Assembly (NCBI RefSeq): GCF_006345805.1
Contig: NC_043000.1
Location: 87,978,001-88,042,000 of the forward strand
DNA length: 64,000 bases
Direction: 5' to 3'
Source: Octopus sinensis
Taxonomy: Eukaryota
Part shown: positions 41,572 through 53,959 of the stretch, piece by piece
Layout: the number at the start of each line of letters is the position of its first letter
How positions within the stretch are numbered: the first letter of the stretch is position 1
Position numbers and translations under genes: made by a program
The notes under the pieces: generated by a model
Seen by the model: only the letters and a program-made list of their open reading frames with translations
What the model was told of the DNA's origin: nothing
The model's database searches: none

Positions 41572-41870
41572 CCAGCCAGCAAAACCATATTGGGCTGATA
41601 TCATACCAATGTTGTTACCTATATCAGCCCTACATCGGAAATTGTGTCGGTTTGATTTTGGCCCAATCTCATTTTGCAACACAGCGCAACATCAGGCCAA
41701 CATATTCCCTGATGTCGGGCCAATGTGAGATTTTGGTCTCTTACTTTGGGTCGACATCGGCCCAATGTCATCAAGGTGACATTGGTCCGATATGAAAATG
41801 AGGTTGGACTGATGTATGGTTTTTCAACTTGAGAAGTCTCAATATCGGCTGAAGCTGATTTTGTCAAATG
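41572..41870. mobile_element. Probable CMC/EnSpm (CACTA-family) transposon terminus with subterminal repeats
   Basis: Starts (T)CCAGCCAGCAAAA and interrupts a SINE head. About 8 copies of an ACATCGGCCCAATGT-like motif occur in both orientations within about 270 bp. Confidence 0.55.
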
Positions 41871-43068
41871 CCTGATCTGGCTTTGAATTAATTCAAGGAT
41901 GGTCTAATTAATGTACGATTAAACATTTATACAGGTTCGACATCAACCACACTTCATGTTCTTCATAGCATTGCACCAGATCCTTGGCATGAATTTCTCT
42001 GATTCCAGCCTCACCCACCCAGCGTTTGAAAATAAAATAATAATATTCTTTCAATTTACAGCCAATGACGACCACCCACTGCCAAACAGAAACAATATTA
42101 AATTTATTTTGAAGATGTAAATGTATGAGCATCAGTTTACATGGCATGTATATGGGAATATCTGAAAAATCATGTAAAAACCGCCAGAAAAAATTAAAAA
42201 ATGAACATCTCATTTTTCTTTGCAAACATCAGTTATTTTATAAACTATAACTTTGAAAAATGACTATTTACAACACAACAAAAGTAAATCACAACATCTG
42301 AAAGTTAATCATCATTTAGTGTCCGCTTTCCATGCTAGCATGGGTTGGACGTTCAACTGGGGTCTGAGGCAGAAGGCGCACCAGAAGTCTGATCTGAAAA
42401 TCTACAGCTGAATGCCCTTCCTAACGCCAACCACTCCGTGAGTGTAGTGGGTGCTTTTTACATGCCAGACGGGGCTGCAAACGGCCATACTTTAAACATA
42501 CATATATACTTGTAACATGTGTACATCCACATGATCACAAAATCATGGTTTCAATTCACGACCAGCAGTGTGTATGTTCTTGAGCAAAAGATTTAATCTC
42601 GTCGTTCTACAATCACTTGGATATCGGATATGAAAATGAAAATGAAGACAAAATATACTGGCCAATATACACCGTAAAAGTAAGATATTTATTTAATTGG
42701 TGTTAATAGCTGTGGCTATTTATGACAAAGTTCAACAATCATTCATATCTGCACATAGAGACCGGTGAATAAGGAGTAACGGTATTCATTTTAGGGTTCG
42801 ATTTTATGACTTGAAATTTGGGAGATTTGTTAAAAATAAATATATTTTAGATTGTGCAAAATTAGGAAAAACAAATTAATTGTGAGAGATATCATCAACA
42901 AAATTGTATTTGAAACCACATATAGGAGTATTATTTATTTACCTGGTGAATGAGTAATATGAATGGAAGACAAAACCATGTATGCAAAGCTATTCAGCCT
43001 ATTGTTACCAGTGAATTGCTAAAATGGATTACCCTAAAAAAATTGAGGTAACCCGTAAATGGGTTATC

Positions 43069-45775
43069 TTAATTTTCAGTTTGTGCAGACCTGAGATCTG
43101 TGACAGATTCATTGTCAAGAGCCAACTTGTCCAAATTCTTTTTTATTCTTCTCTTTCAGCTACTATTTCTGTCACTGGCAGTCCGAAGCCATTCTCGAGT
43201 CACCAATTCAAACTCTACTTCTGTTGCAATTTTCACAGTCTTGTGAACAGCCCCTGAAATTAATTAATTATGTTACTTAAAAGTAGTTCTCAATGTGAGA
43301 ATAACAAATGCACTCACATCCATTTACTCATGTACTATTCACAAAGACAAAAATCAACTAGCATAAATTACATGCATTTGACTAACTTTACAGTTGAAAA
43401 CAGATACAAACTGAAAGCTTCACATTCATAAAATGTTCACTACTGTTTTATGTCAGAACCTACCGAAGCTAGTACAACTCCCACCACACCCAGTCTGGCT
43501 AAAACAGTATTCCAACTGAATATTAATATCATCATATACCCAACCCAGGGCCATTTTCAGTCCAATGACTGCAAATCAAAATTTAAAAATTCAGTCATTT
43601 TCAATACACTATGAGCAAAGGATAAAATATTTACTCAAATGTAAAGCAAAATGTAGAATAATAGCCTTTTTGTCAAACATCAAAAACAATTAACAGGGTT
43701 CCTGTAGGTTTTTAAAAAGAAAATTCAAGGGTTTTCAAGGTTTTTCAATGGTATTTTCAAGCTATATTCAAGGACCATCATGACCACTCCTCAAAAATTC
43801 AAGGGTTTCCAAGAACATCCTTCTGATGAAACAAAACTATTTACACTACTTAGGTTCTCAAATCATAATGTTTAAATATTACCCAATCTATTTCCATGTT
43901 TCCTTGGCAGTGATGGCTGCCTGTACAGGCAGACAACAGTGACATGGAAACATTGCAAATGACAGAGTGATAAATTTGGGTTGGCAAATATGAGCCCAGA
44001 AAGATATCCCATCATTATATTACATATGGTGCACAACGTCAATTTCAGCATCTAGGCTATTTTCTGATAAACAGTGACAACATACAAATAGGATCAAGTT
44101 TTGCAAATTGTTTATGCATATATGATGTCCATTTGCCAAATTGTTTATGCATATGATGCCATTGGTTGACTTACCTTATTCTACCAGTAAAACAGAAGTA
44201 GCAAACCACAGTACTTCTGTTAATTTCTGAAGTTCCTGCTGGGACCTTAATCAAATAATCTTTTCAATTAGACATCAGGTTGATGTACTTAAATATTTTT
44301 AATTATTATACTTTCAAAACAAACTGAATCTGCAGTTATGAGTACCAAGATGAACACATAATGATGGCTGTGAGTTTCTTTGGTGTGTGTGTGGGATATG
44401 AAAACACACACATGTGAAGAATGAAGAAAGCAATAGTCACATGTAAGTAGACAGATCAGTTAGAGAGGGACAGAGAGGTTATTAATGAACCAGCAGGTAA
44501 AACCATAAAAATGTAAAATGTACAACTTACCATGTTATTTTGAACTGCACCATCACTTAACTCAGCTTCCAAAGCCTCAAGATCCTCTTGACTCTGGCAA
44601 GGGAAATGAATTGTGTCACGGAGATTTCTTGTCTCCAAAATGGATGGTGAGGATGGAATATTTTGAATTAACTGCAGTATAGACTGCAGTATTTCCCTCT
44701 GCTGAGACTGTTCCTCTCGAATTTTTTCAATTGCTGATCCTGAACTGAATAGCTGATCCTGAACTGAAATAGAAGATAGAGAAAAAAAGGTAGAGTAGAG
44801 TTACGAAATACTTGCTGAGTATACCTTATGACATTAGTAGTTTACAGATATATTGAAAATAATACACAATCAATAATAATCTCATTTCACATTTGCTTTC
44901 TGGAATTGGAGAGATTGCTAAACCAACAATCAACTATCTATGGCCTTATATAAGGCCACAGATATAACACTAATATTTATTTGCCTTTTCTAGTTTGCCG
45001 TGATTAGGGATAGGGGTTTCATGTTTCAGAAATGGGAATTATGATACCTATTTAACAGGGAAGTGGCACCATGTTTCAATGCCCCGAGGTCCTCTAGAAT
45101 GGTAAAAGACACCAAAGTTAATATTTCAGTATTATATTCCTCACACTAATACAAGCAAAATTCTTGTACCTCTTCACCCAAAAGAGAAAACGTCTGACTT
45201 GGAGACACTGTGGCTATCTGAAGCTAAAACTTATGATATCCTCATACAAATATCAACAGACCAGATTGACCAATTTATTGTTTTTAAGTAATCCTTTGAA
45301 ACAAGATAAAATTCTTGAAAATGTGTTTTGTCTTTTGACTCTACTCTCATTTACCTGCCAGTTATTTCTTAAGCACTGTAATTATGTATCAGGGTAAAAG
45401 CATGCATTTCAAACATGACTCTCCATGGAATGACCACAAGAGCTGCTTTCAAACACAGAATATTTCATTTTTCTGTTTAGAAATAAATTTGAAACCACTT
45501 TCCACATACCTTAAAGTATACCAATGATATAATATTGACTTACCATACAACAACTGTTCAGATTTTTTCCCAACAAATTGGGAGGAGCTACATTTGCACT
45601 TCTTTCTTTTGGCATATTGTGGATGTCAGTTTGCTGTGGATATCTACTTGGCTCTGGAGAAGACAAGTGGGATCAAGATGCTCTCTCTTTTGAAAACTGA
45701 CTGACAGGAGGTGGCTTTTGAAGCATCAGGCTTTCATACTCAGAATCGTCCTCATCATCTGAGAAAACTGCTGCC
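43069..45775 (-). pseudogene. Spliced DUF4806-like gene, degenerate. Exons at 45544-45775, 45048-45093, 44531-44744 and 43069-43253; middle exon(s) unresolved
   Basis: GT-AG exons translate to ...FPCQSQEDLEALEAELSDGAVQNNM and GAVHKTVKIATEVEFELVTREWLRTASDRNSS*KRR, which resemble the DUF4806 start and C-terminal W-L-x-x-A-x-D-R motif as I recall them. In-frame TGA at 45673-45675 and 43156-43158. One base is missing in an A6 run near 45565. Confidence 0.7.
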
Positions 45776-46663
45776 CTATGAAATGAAAAATAAACAGAGA
45801 ATTACATGTATTTCCCCTTCACACAGTGAACAACATGGGTATTTGTTTGTCAATACATAACCTTAGAAGACATTGGAACTCATACAAATGTTTATAAACT
45901 TCAAACTTTCATACTGTTGTTATATTTTTGTATCCAAAGACAATGAAGTTAGAACTCCAATAGTGATTCTGATTTTGAGTATAGTTCAGGAGTGAATATT
46001 AACTAATAATTCTGATTTACATCAGCAGATGAAATGTGAATGCACCCTAGACAGCATTTACTAACAAATACAAGAGAAATTATGAACTGTACCACGATTC
46101 TCTTTGTTTTGCTGCAGCCACATCTGATGAAGGAGATGATAAGTGATTGTTGACCGGTGATGCACGGTATAGCAGAAGACCCGACTCTTCCTATCGACAC
46201 CATTCAGCTGTCATCCTCCATTCACATATTTGTCTAAGACAGTGCAGTGGAATTATCATGGGTGTAGGAAAGAAAAGTTGTGCCTGAAGGATCTGTAACA
46301 AGGAAGGTTCCTTTATGTGTTGGAACATAATCTATATGTTACATCAATAGGAAAGGAGTTCATGCTATGCAATTAATGGAAGCTTTCAGATGCAACAGCG
46401 TAATATAACATGTACTGAAAGTCTGTGTTACAAATTCAACATTTGGGTTAATTTTTACATATCAAATATGTATTCAGGTGCTGTGGTGTGTCTTCTTCGA
46501 TCATTCCAGGTTGAATATGCAACACCTAACACCTCTCTGCACAGATCATAATCTCTTTATTAGTTATTTTCATTATTCTATCTATTTCATTACCTATGTA
46601 AACATAGTTTCGTCTTCTGTTATATTTTAAAAACGAACCTACGTTCCTTCACATGCATTTACT

Positions 46664-48072
46664 ATCATCAACCTAGCTAAAACCAAAGTCTTAATATGTA
46701 GGAAGGCAGACAAACCACAAATCCCCTCAGGTAGATGGCCTTGCTCGATCTGTAGAAAATGTATAGGTAGAAAATCTATAAGATGTACCCCATGTAAGCT
46801 ATGGACATATAAGATGTGCAACAATATCAAAGGAAGGCTAACTGTGGAAAATGCTCAGGAGCAATATACACTGAAAATGTGCAAAGAATAGCTTCTGTCA
46901 CACTCCAGGGAGAAAAAACTAGTAGTTGATAGCTTCCGTTACCTAGGTGACCAAGTCAGTATCGAGGGTGGATGCTCTGAAAGTGTAGCTGCTAGAATAA
47001 GAATAGCCAGGGCAAAGTTCAGGGAGCTCCTACCTCTGCTGGTGACAAAGGGCTTCTTGCTCAGTATAAAAGGTAGACTGTATGACGCATGTGTAAGAAC
47101 AGCCATGCTACATGGCAGTGAAACATGGACCGTGACTGCTGAGGAGATGTGTAAGCTTGTAAGGAATGAAGCCAGTATGCTCCGCTGGATGTGTAATGTC
47201 AGTGTGATACACAACAGAGTGTAAGCGTCCTGAGAGAAAAGTTGGACTTAAGAAGCATCAGATGTGGTGTGTAAGAGAGACGACTGTGCTGGTATGGTCA
47301 TGTGTTGCGAATGGATGAGGACAGCTGTGTGAAAAAGTGTTACACCCTAGCAGTTGAGGGAACCTGTGGAAGAGGCAGACCGAAGAAGACCTGGTATGAG
47401 GTGGGGAAACACGACCTTCGAACATTGGGCCTTACAGAGGCATTGACCAGTGACCGAGACCTTTGGGGATATGCTGTAGCCTATGCTAGTGGTGTATAGC
47501 CAGCCCACTTATGAGTACCCTTCATTTATTGGACAATAAACTTAGCTTGCGAAAACCTGTCGAGGCAAGTGAAATCAAAATCCCTGACATAGCCGATGAC
47601 AGTACCGCTTGATTGGTACTCGTGCCAGTGGAACGTTAAAAGCACCATCCGAGCATGATCGTTGTCAGGGCCGCTGGCTTGATCCTGTGCCGGTGGCACG
47701 TAAAAAGCACCATTCGAGTATGATTGTTGCCAGCGTCACCTTACTGGCACATGTGCCGGTGGCACGTGAAAAACAGCATTTGAGCGTGGTCGTTGCCAGT
47801 GCCGCCGGACTGGTTCTCGTGCGGGTGGAACGTACAATACACCTTTTGAGCGTGGTCGTTGCCAGAACCACCTGACTAGCCCTCGTGCCGGTGGCACGTA
47901 AAAGCACCCACTACACTCCCGGGGTGGTTGGCATTAGGAAGGGCATCCAGTTGTAGAAACTTTGCCAGATCAGACTGGAGCCTGGTGCAGCCTTCTGGCT
48001 CGCCAGTCCTCAGTCAAACCGTCCAATCCATGCCAGCATGGAAAGCGGACGTTAAACGACGACGATGATGAT
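46664..48072 (+). mobile_element. 5'-truncated RTE LINE with a Cys-rich insert in the RT, a tandem-repeat 3'UTR and a (GAT)n tail
   Basis: INLAKTKVL, DSFRYLG, LYDACVRTAMLHGSETW, GRGRPKKTW; several stops and frameshifts. Confidence 0.93.
47621..47910 (+). repeat. About 66-bp tandem repeat (about 4.5 units) in the RTE 3'UTR
   Basis: Units start at about 47621, 47687, 47753, 47819 and 47885; each begins with a gtgccggtggcac-type hairpin. Confidence 0.9.
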
Positions 48073-48571
48073 GAGGAAAACAGCTATTAAGAGAGTGTAC
48101 GTCAACAGGACTTGAGACACTCTGAATATGGCGAGAGTGGAGAACGCCATATCGACTGTGACGTCTGCAAAATTGGCAGCCAATGTGACTGTCTTTATAG
48201 ATTGTGTTCACAGAAAGTCTAGACAAACCGCCACACTATCACGTGAACAAAAGCCATTCATACATGATCGAATTGTGATTTCTATGTGGCAAAATGTAAG
48301 AATGAGTTCAATGCTATCAATCTTTTTTCTGAAAATCTAAATTTCCTCCAACGAAGTTCCTCGGCTATTTTACTTGTAGTCAAATGAGAGTCTACAGAAA
48401 GTATTATTGAATGATATCTGTAATAAAGGTGGTACAGCATGGTGAGTAGAAGATGTGATAGGGAAATAAGAGGATGTAGAATAGACGCTGTGATTGGGAG
48501 AACGATAGTGGGAGGGGGTCGTGAAGGCAACAAACGGTGAATGTGAGCACAAATTAATAGGTAAAGGAAGC

Positions 48572-49930
48572 GTGCATGCCTGTGCAGAAAGTTGGGTCTT
48601 CTGCTTTACCGTGTATCACCGGTTGACTGTTTCTTATCATCTCCTCCATCAGATGCGACATCTTGCGATCATTTTTCGCCACTTTCCTATTTCTTTTGTG
48701 GTCTTCCTCTTTCTTGCTAAATACTGAGTGCTCGAAGTGAATGGTACTTGTGAAAGACGAAGACCACAGAAGACATATGGGGAAAGTGGCGAAAAATGAT
48801 CGCAAGATATCTGATGAAGAAGATGATGAGTGACTGTCGATCAGTATAGCAGAAGATCCGACCTTCTGTGCAAGCTTGCACTCTTCCTATTTCTTTACTA
48901 CCCACAAGGGGCTAAACACAGAGAGGACAAACAAGGACAGACAAACGGATTAAGTCGATTATATCGACCCCAGTTCGTAACTGGTACTTAATTTATCGGC
49001 CCCGAAAGGATGAAAGGCAAAGTCGACCTCGGCGGAATTTGAACTCAAAACGTAACGGCAGAGGAAGTACCTATTTCTTTACTACCCACAAGGGGCTAAA
49101 CACAGAAAGGACAAACAAGGACAGACAAACGGACTAAGTCGATTATATCGACCCCAGTTTGTAACTGGTACTTATTTAATCGACCCCGAAAGGATGAAAG
49201 GCAAAATCAACCTCGGCGGAATTTGAACTCAAAACGTAACGGCAGACGAAATACGGCTACGAGTTTCTCCCGGCGTGCTAACGATTCTGCCAGTTCGCCG
49301 CCTTGCATTCACTCTTCCTATTGACACTATTCAGCTGTAATCCTCCATTCACATATTTGTCTAAAACAGTGCAGTCTCCCTTACGCGCTACAGCTAATTC
49401 CTCTTATACCCAGTTTGTCTCTCAGTTCACTTATACTTTCTTGTTCATGCACAGGCTGCATGGCATATCCAGCAAAGCATACTCACTTCATTTCCTTCAA
49501 ATCTTCGTATGTCTTTCGTATTCAAGGTCCACGTCTCGCTGCCATGTAATGTACAATGCTTATTTGCACACAAGCATACAAGCATCATGCAATCATCCCC
49601 AAATCTGCTCTTGATCTTGTAGATATGCCTTTTGTTGCTAGCAGAGATACTAGCTCTCTGAATATTCTCCAACCCTTTCATATTCTAGCTATTACAGTTT
49701 CAGTACATCGACTCCCGCCACTAATTTGGTCACTTAGGTAGCAGAAGTTAACTACTTCTAAGAAGCCGTCTGAGCATTTGGCAGGATCTGCGTATTACTC
49801 CAGTGTACCGTCTGCATCTAAAATCTTCCTTCTTTGTTAATTTATCGTTAATCCCTGTCACAACTTCTTTGTGTGTCCCTTGATTACACTGGGTACACTT
49901 TTTAGGATTTCTATCGACTGCTTTTCTTCA
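48572..49930 (-). mobile_element. RTE LINE fragment of another subfamily, with an inverted duplication of its 3' coding end and an inserted SINE dimer
   Basis: NFCYLSDQ, LHGSETWTL and GRPQK motifs; inverted arms 48572-48706 and 48759-48881. Confidence 0.8.
48891..49309 (-). mobile_element. Head-to-tail dimer of a tRNA-derived SINE
   Basis: Two copies of the gactttgcctttcatcctttcgggg...agccccttgtgggtagtaaagaaatag body. One TSD cactcttcctat at 48879-48890 and 49310-49321. Confidence 0.85.
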
Positions 49931-52030
49931 GATGAATATATCGGACAATGTGGTCCGGGATAGAATTCACTGTGATAAAAAAAAAAAAAATGATGGGATG
50001 GTCACAGCCGGAATATCTTTGACTATAAGTCTGCAAACTCAGAGATGACCAAGGAATAAGTAACAATAACAACTACTTGTATACCACGTATCTATTTATC
50101 TATCCCTCCTTTTTCTTTTCTCTTCTTGTGTGGACGAGGGAAAAAAGGAATAGTAAGAAACAAGAAATGGAAAGGCATGAGGTTGAACATTAGAGAGGGA
50201 ATGAGAGAGAGAGAGAAAGGGGGGGAAGGAAAGAGGGATGGAGGAGAAAGAGATAGAGGAAGTGATGACTGGCATTCGCTCGATGCTTTGCACTAAAATA
50301 ACATAAAAATAAGACAGAGAGAGTAAGGCGGTGAGCTGGAGGAATTGTTAGCACGCTGGGCTAAACGTATTATGGCGTTTTGTCCATCTTTACGTTCTGA
50401 GTTTGAATTCTGCCATGGTCGACTTTGTGTTTCATTCTTTTGGGGTTGAGCACTGGGGTCGATGTAATTGACTAACTCTCTACCCCGAAATTTCTGGACT
50501 TGTGCCCAAATTTGAAACCAATAAGATAGTAAAGGTGGAGAGGAGGGCCGTTGTCTTATGAAGCTGTCGTAAGAGAAATATTAAAGTGAGTGAGAGAGGA
50601 GCTTATGTGAGTGAGGCTTTTAACGCGAAAACCAAGAGACAGAGCAAATAAAATGTTCACGGAGTCCGAGACAGCTATAGTCCTTTCGCCTACGCCATCA
50701 CATAGATGCACCCTTTTCATAAACATTATGCTATAAGCACAGTGCGCTGTATGGAATAGAGACCGTTACTTGGGAATTGCTACATACCAACAGATAAAGT
50801 ATAAAAGACCTGGAAGATAAACAATGCTACAGCGGCCATTCATATTTGTCTGCAAGGATAAATGAGGTCAAAAGAGAAAAAGAAGACTATTATGGAATTA
50901 TGCTCTATCAAAATTCAATTCACTAGTGGAAAGAAAGCAGATAATTAGATTCATTTGCGAGTTGTAAATATGTTATTTCTATGGGGAAACTAATTCCTGA
51001 TTTCTTTTGTAAAGTTTTTTGTTAACCTTTTCATACTTCAATTATTTCTTTATACGAAAATATTGATAATCTCTAAATAATTCTTTCTACTGGAAATACA
51101 AGGCCTCAAATTTGGAGGGAGGGATTTAGTTGATTACATCGACTCCAGTGTGCAACTGGTACCAATTTAATCGACCCCGAAAGGATGTAAGGCAAAGTCG
51201 ACTTCGGTGTAATTTGAACTCAGAACGTAACGACGGAAGGAATACTGCTTAGCAATTTGTCCAGCGTGCTAACGATTCTGTCAGCTCGCTGCCTCTATAT
51301 AATCTCTAAAATAATTATAGTTAATATGAATATCTATTGGCTGGTTGCTTGGGTGGTTGGTTGGTTGGTTGCTATCTCCAGTCAAGTTTTACATTGCATG
51401 GAGGGTAGGAGAGCGAGAGTGAGAGGGAAATATAGTGTTTTATTGTTACAGGTGCTGGATGAGTGCACATAGGAAGTTTGGTGGTAGGCAATGAGTAAAA
51501 GAATGCTACTTCATATATACATAGTGAGAGAGAAAGACCCATGGAGACAGAGAATGAAGAGGAGGAAAAGGAAGAGAGCAAATGATAGAATAGTTGTGAG
51601 AGGATTTATACAAAAGACAAATTTGTTTTATTTAATTTTATTTTAAGGTAATAAATATTTTACTTTTGAAAATTAGTATTCACTTCGCCATTTTGAATAT
51701 AGATAAAGGATAAAAAAATTATTAAGATCCTTCCCGAATCATATAAACTCATATATATATATATATAAATTCCTTCAAACAGTTCCGGACAAACCACCCA
51801 CACTCGGATATGTCTCCTCAAACAATAACTCTCTGCTCGAATGGGCCTTGGTGCCCAAATCCTGAATTGAAAGACTTCGCCAGGTGGTGCTATTAAGTTA
51901 GACATGGCCTGGGCCAATACTGGCCAAAACCTTTCTAAGTTATTCTAAGTTATATATATAGTAAGAAAGTTATATATATAGTAGAAAACATATGATTTGG
52001 GAAGGATCTTAATACTTTTTTTTAATCCTT

Positions 52031-52320
52031 GGCGCAATGGCCCAGTGGTTAGGGCAGCGGACTCGCGGTCGTAGGATCGCGGTTTCGATTCCCAGACCGG
52101 GCATTGTGAGTGTTTATTGAACGAAAACACCTAAAAGCTCCACGACGCTCCGGCAGGGGATGGTGATCCCTGCTGTACTCTTTCACCACTCTTTCTTCTG
52201 TTGGCCTGCTCGCTTAGCCAGTGGGGTGGCGTCATTCAAAGGCTAAAACAATGCAAACGCATTGTGACCAGCGATGTGTAACAACATCTGATGGTCTGGT
52301 CGGTCACGTGATCACGTGAT
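52031..52320 (+). mobile_element. Full-length tRNA-derived SINE with RTE-like 3' tail, in TA-rich sequence
   Basis: Head ggcgcaatggcccagtggttagggc...ggtttcgattccc; tail shared with 8597-8719 and 8421-8546. Confidence 0.85.
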
Positions 52321-52541
52321 ATATATATATTACCCACTAGACGGGACGCTGGTCCATGGTATTCCAGCTGAGAAGAGTGGTGCAATGCGAATGGTTTTGC
52401 TCAAGAATACAATGCATCACTTGGTCCAGGATTCGAAACCACAACTTACAATCTTGAGTCAAACTCTCTAACCACTAAGCCACATGCCTCCTCGATTTTG
52501 TACATAATCACCAAAAAATCTGTTTAAGGTTTAAATAATTA

Positions 52542-52754
52542 TTGGGTTGTCCGGAAAGTTTGTGCCGATTTATAGTAGCTTACCTTTCGACTTATTTTAG
52601 AACATGGTTGAGTCCATAAAATATGATTTGACTATACTTCCATTTAGAGCACTGTTATTCAGGTCTCTGCAGAATAGTCTTAATGGTAAAAAATTCAATT
52701 TATTGACTTTTTTCTTTCCTGTAAAAACTAGCACAAACTTTCCGGACAACACAG
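52542..52754. mobile_element. Tc1/mariner-type MITE, 213 bp
   Basis: 20-bp perfect TIR gttgtccggaaagtttgtgc / gcacaaactttccggacaac, flanked by TA. Confidence 0.85.
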
Positions 52755-53959
52755 TATAATTACTGTGTGGATGTCATAATTCCTAATATTACTCATAGTG
52801 GTAAAAGTATACTGCCAAAGTTACCCATCATATGAAGGATAACAAACACTCTAGTAGCAGCATAATATATGGTGTGTGGGAAATATGCAGAATTTTGAAA
52901 AAAAAACTGCCATTTCGAGAGGAAATTACAGAAGTTCTCACATGACATCTATAATAAATCGCATAAGCACATAGATGACATTTTACTTTGAGTGCTGTCA
53001 TGTGTATTTTTTCAGTCAATCTGAAATTTTAACTCATAGACTAGTAGTTTGTGAACCATTTTCGGCCGGTTTCACAAAAACAAGTCATTGCAGATTCATC
53101 GTCATTACTTGCGTTATTATCACCTTATCAGAAACAGAAACTAGAATGTTATAGAGTAAATTAAGTATGCGAAAACTATTCCTGTATGACTGGTTTTGTT
53201 TTGAGTCATACATTTGATACTAGTTGTTTAGTCCTTTTTTGCGTTACTGAAGTTATGGTGGGCAGCATATTTTTATATCTCTCTGTTTCCATCTCCCCTA
53301 ATTAAACATAACATTGGTGTAACCTCGACAGAACAGTTTCAACTGGTATAAATGCCAAAATGTTTTACTGGTTTGCCTCTGTTTTCCCTTTATCAGCTTG
53401 TACAATTTTAAATGTTTGTTCAACAAAAATACTAAAATATTTGGGTGCGTTTCTCCATAGCATCCCTACAACATAAATTTATCTAATTTATTAACTGATA
53501 TTCATTTTCACAAGCACATTATATAATTTTTTCCTTAATTGATATTACATATTCTTAAAATCTAAAAATTTACATGTCTAAATTCTGTCCTATTTGAATC
53601 AGTATTCTCAAACAACGTGTTGTGTAATTATTATTACATTATTTTTTGTAATAGGGCCCTTCGGATTGTACATTTTTGTTGATATATCTACGCACTTACT
53701 TTTAATTTCCAACACACATCATAGTGCGACTGTAATTTGGTTATTAATATGTTATTAAATTAAAAGGAGGAAAAACCCCCGAAAAGTTGCAGAATTTTTA
53801 ATGTGTATTGTTGAACTGGTGAAAATGTATTTAGATAGTGGTTGAATCAGGGTCGTGGAGCCATCTAAAGGATGACTCCTTCAGAAGGCTGTAATATCAT
53901 TTGATAGGAACACGGTACAAAGAAATACATAGAACAAGGCTGTAACTTTAAATACCTTT

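Noticed and set aside
47621-47910. CRISPR-like repeat array
   Set aside because: The units are contiguous and homologous along their full length with no unique spacers; it is the 3'UTR of an RTE in a eukaryote.
52031-52105. tRNA gene (also 35680-35755 and 55762-55830)
   Set aside because: The tRNA-like heads continue into SINE bodies and lack a complete cloverleaf.
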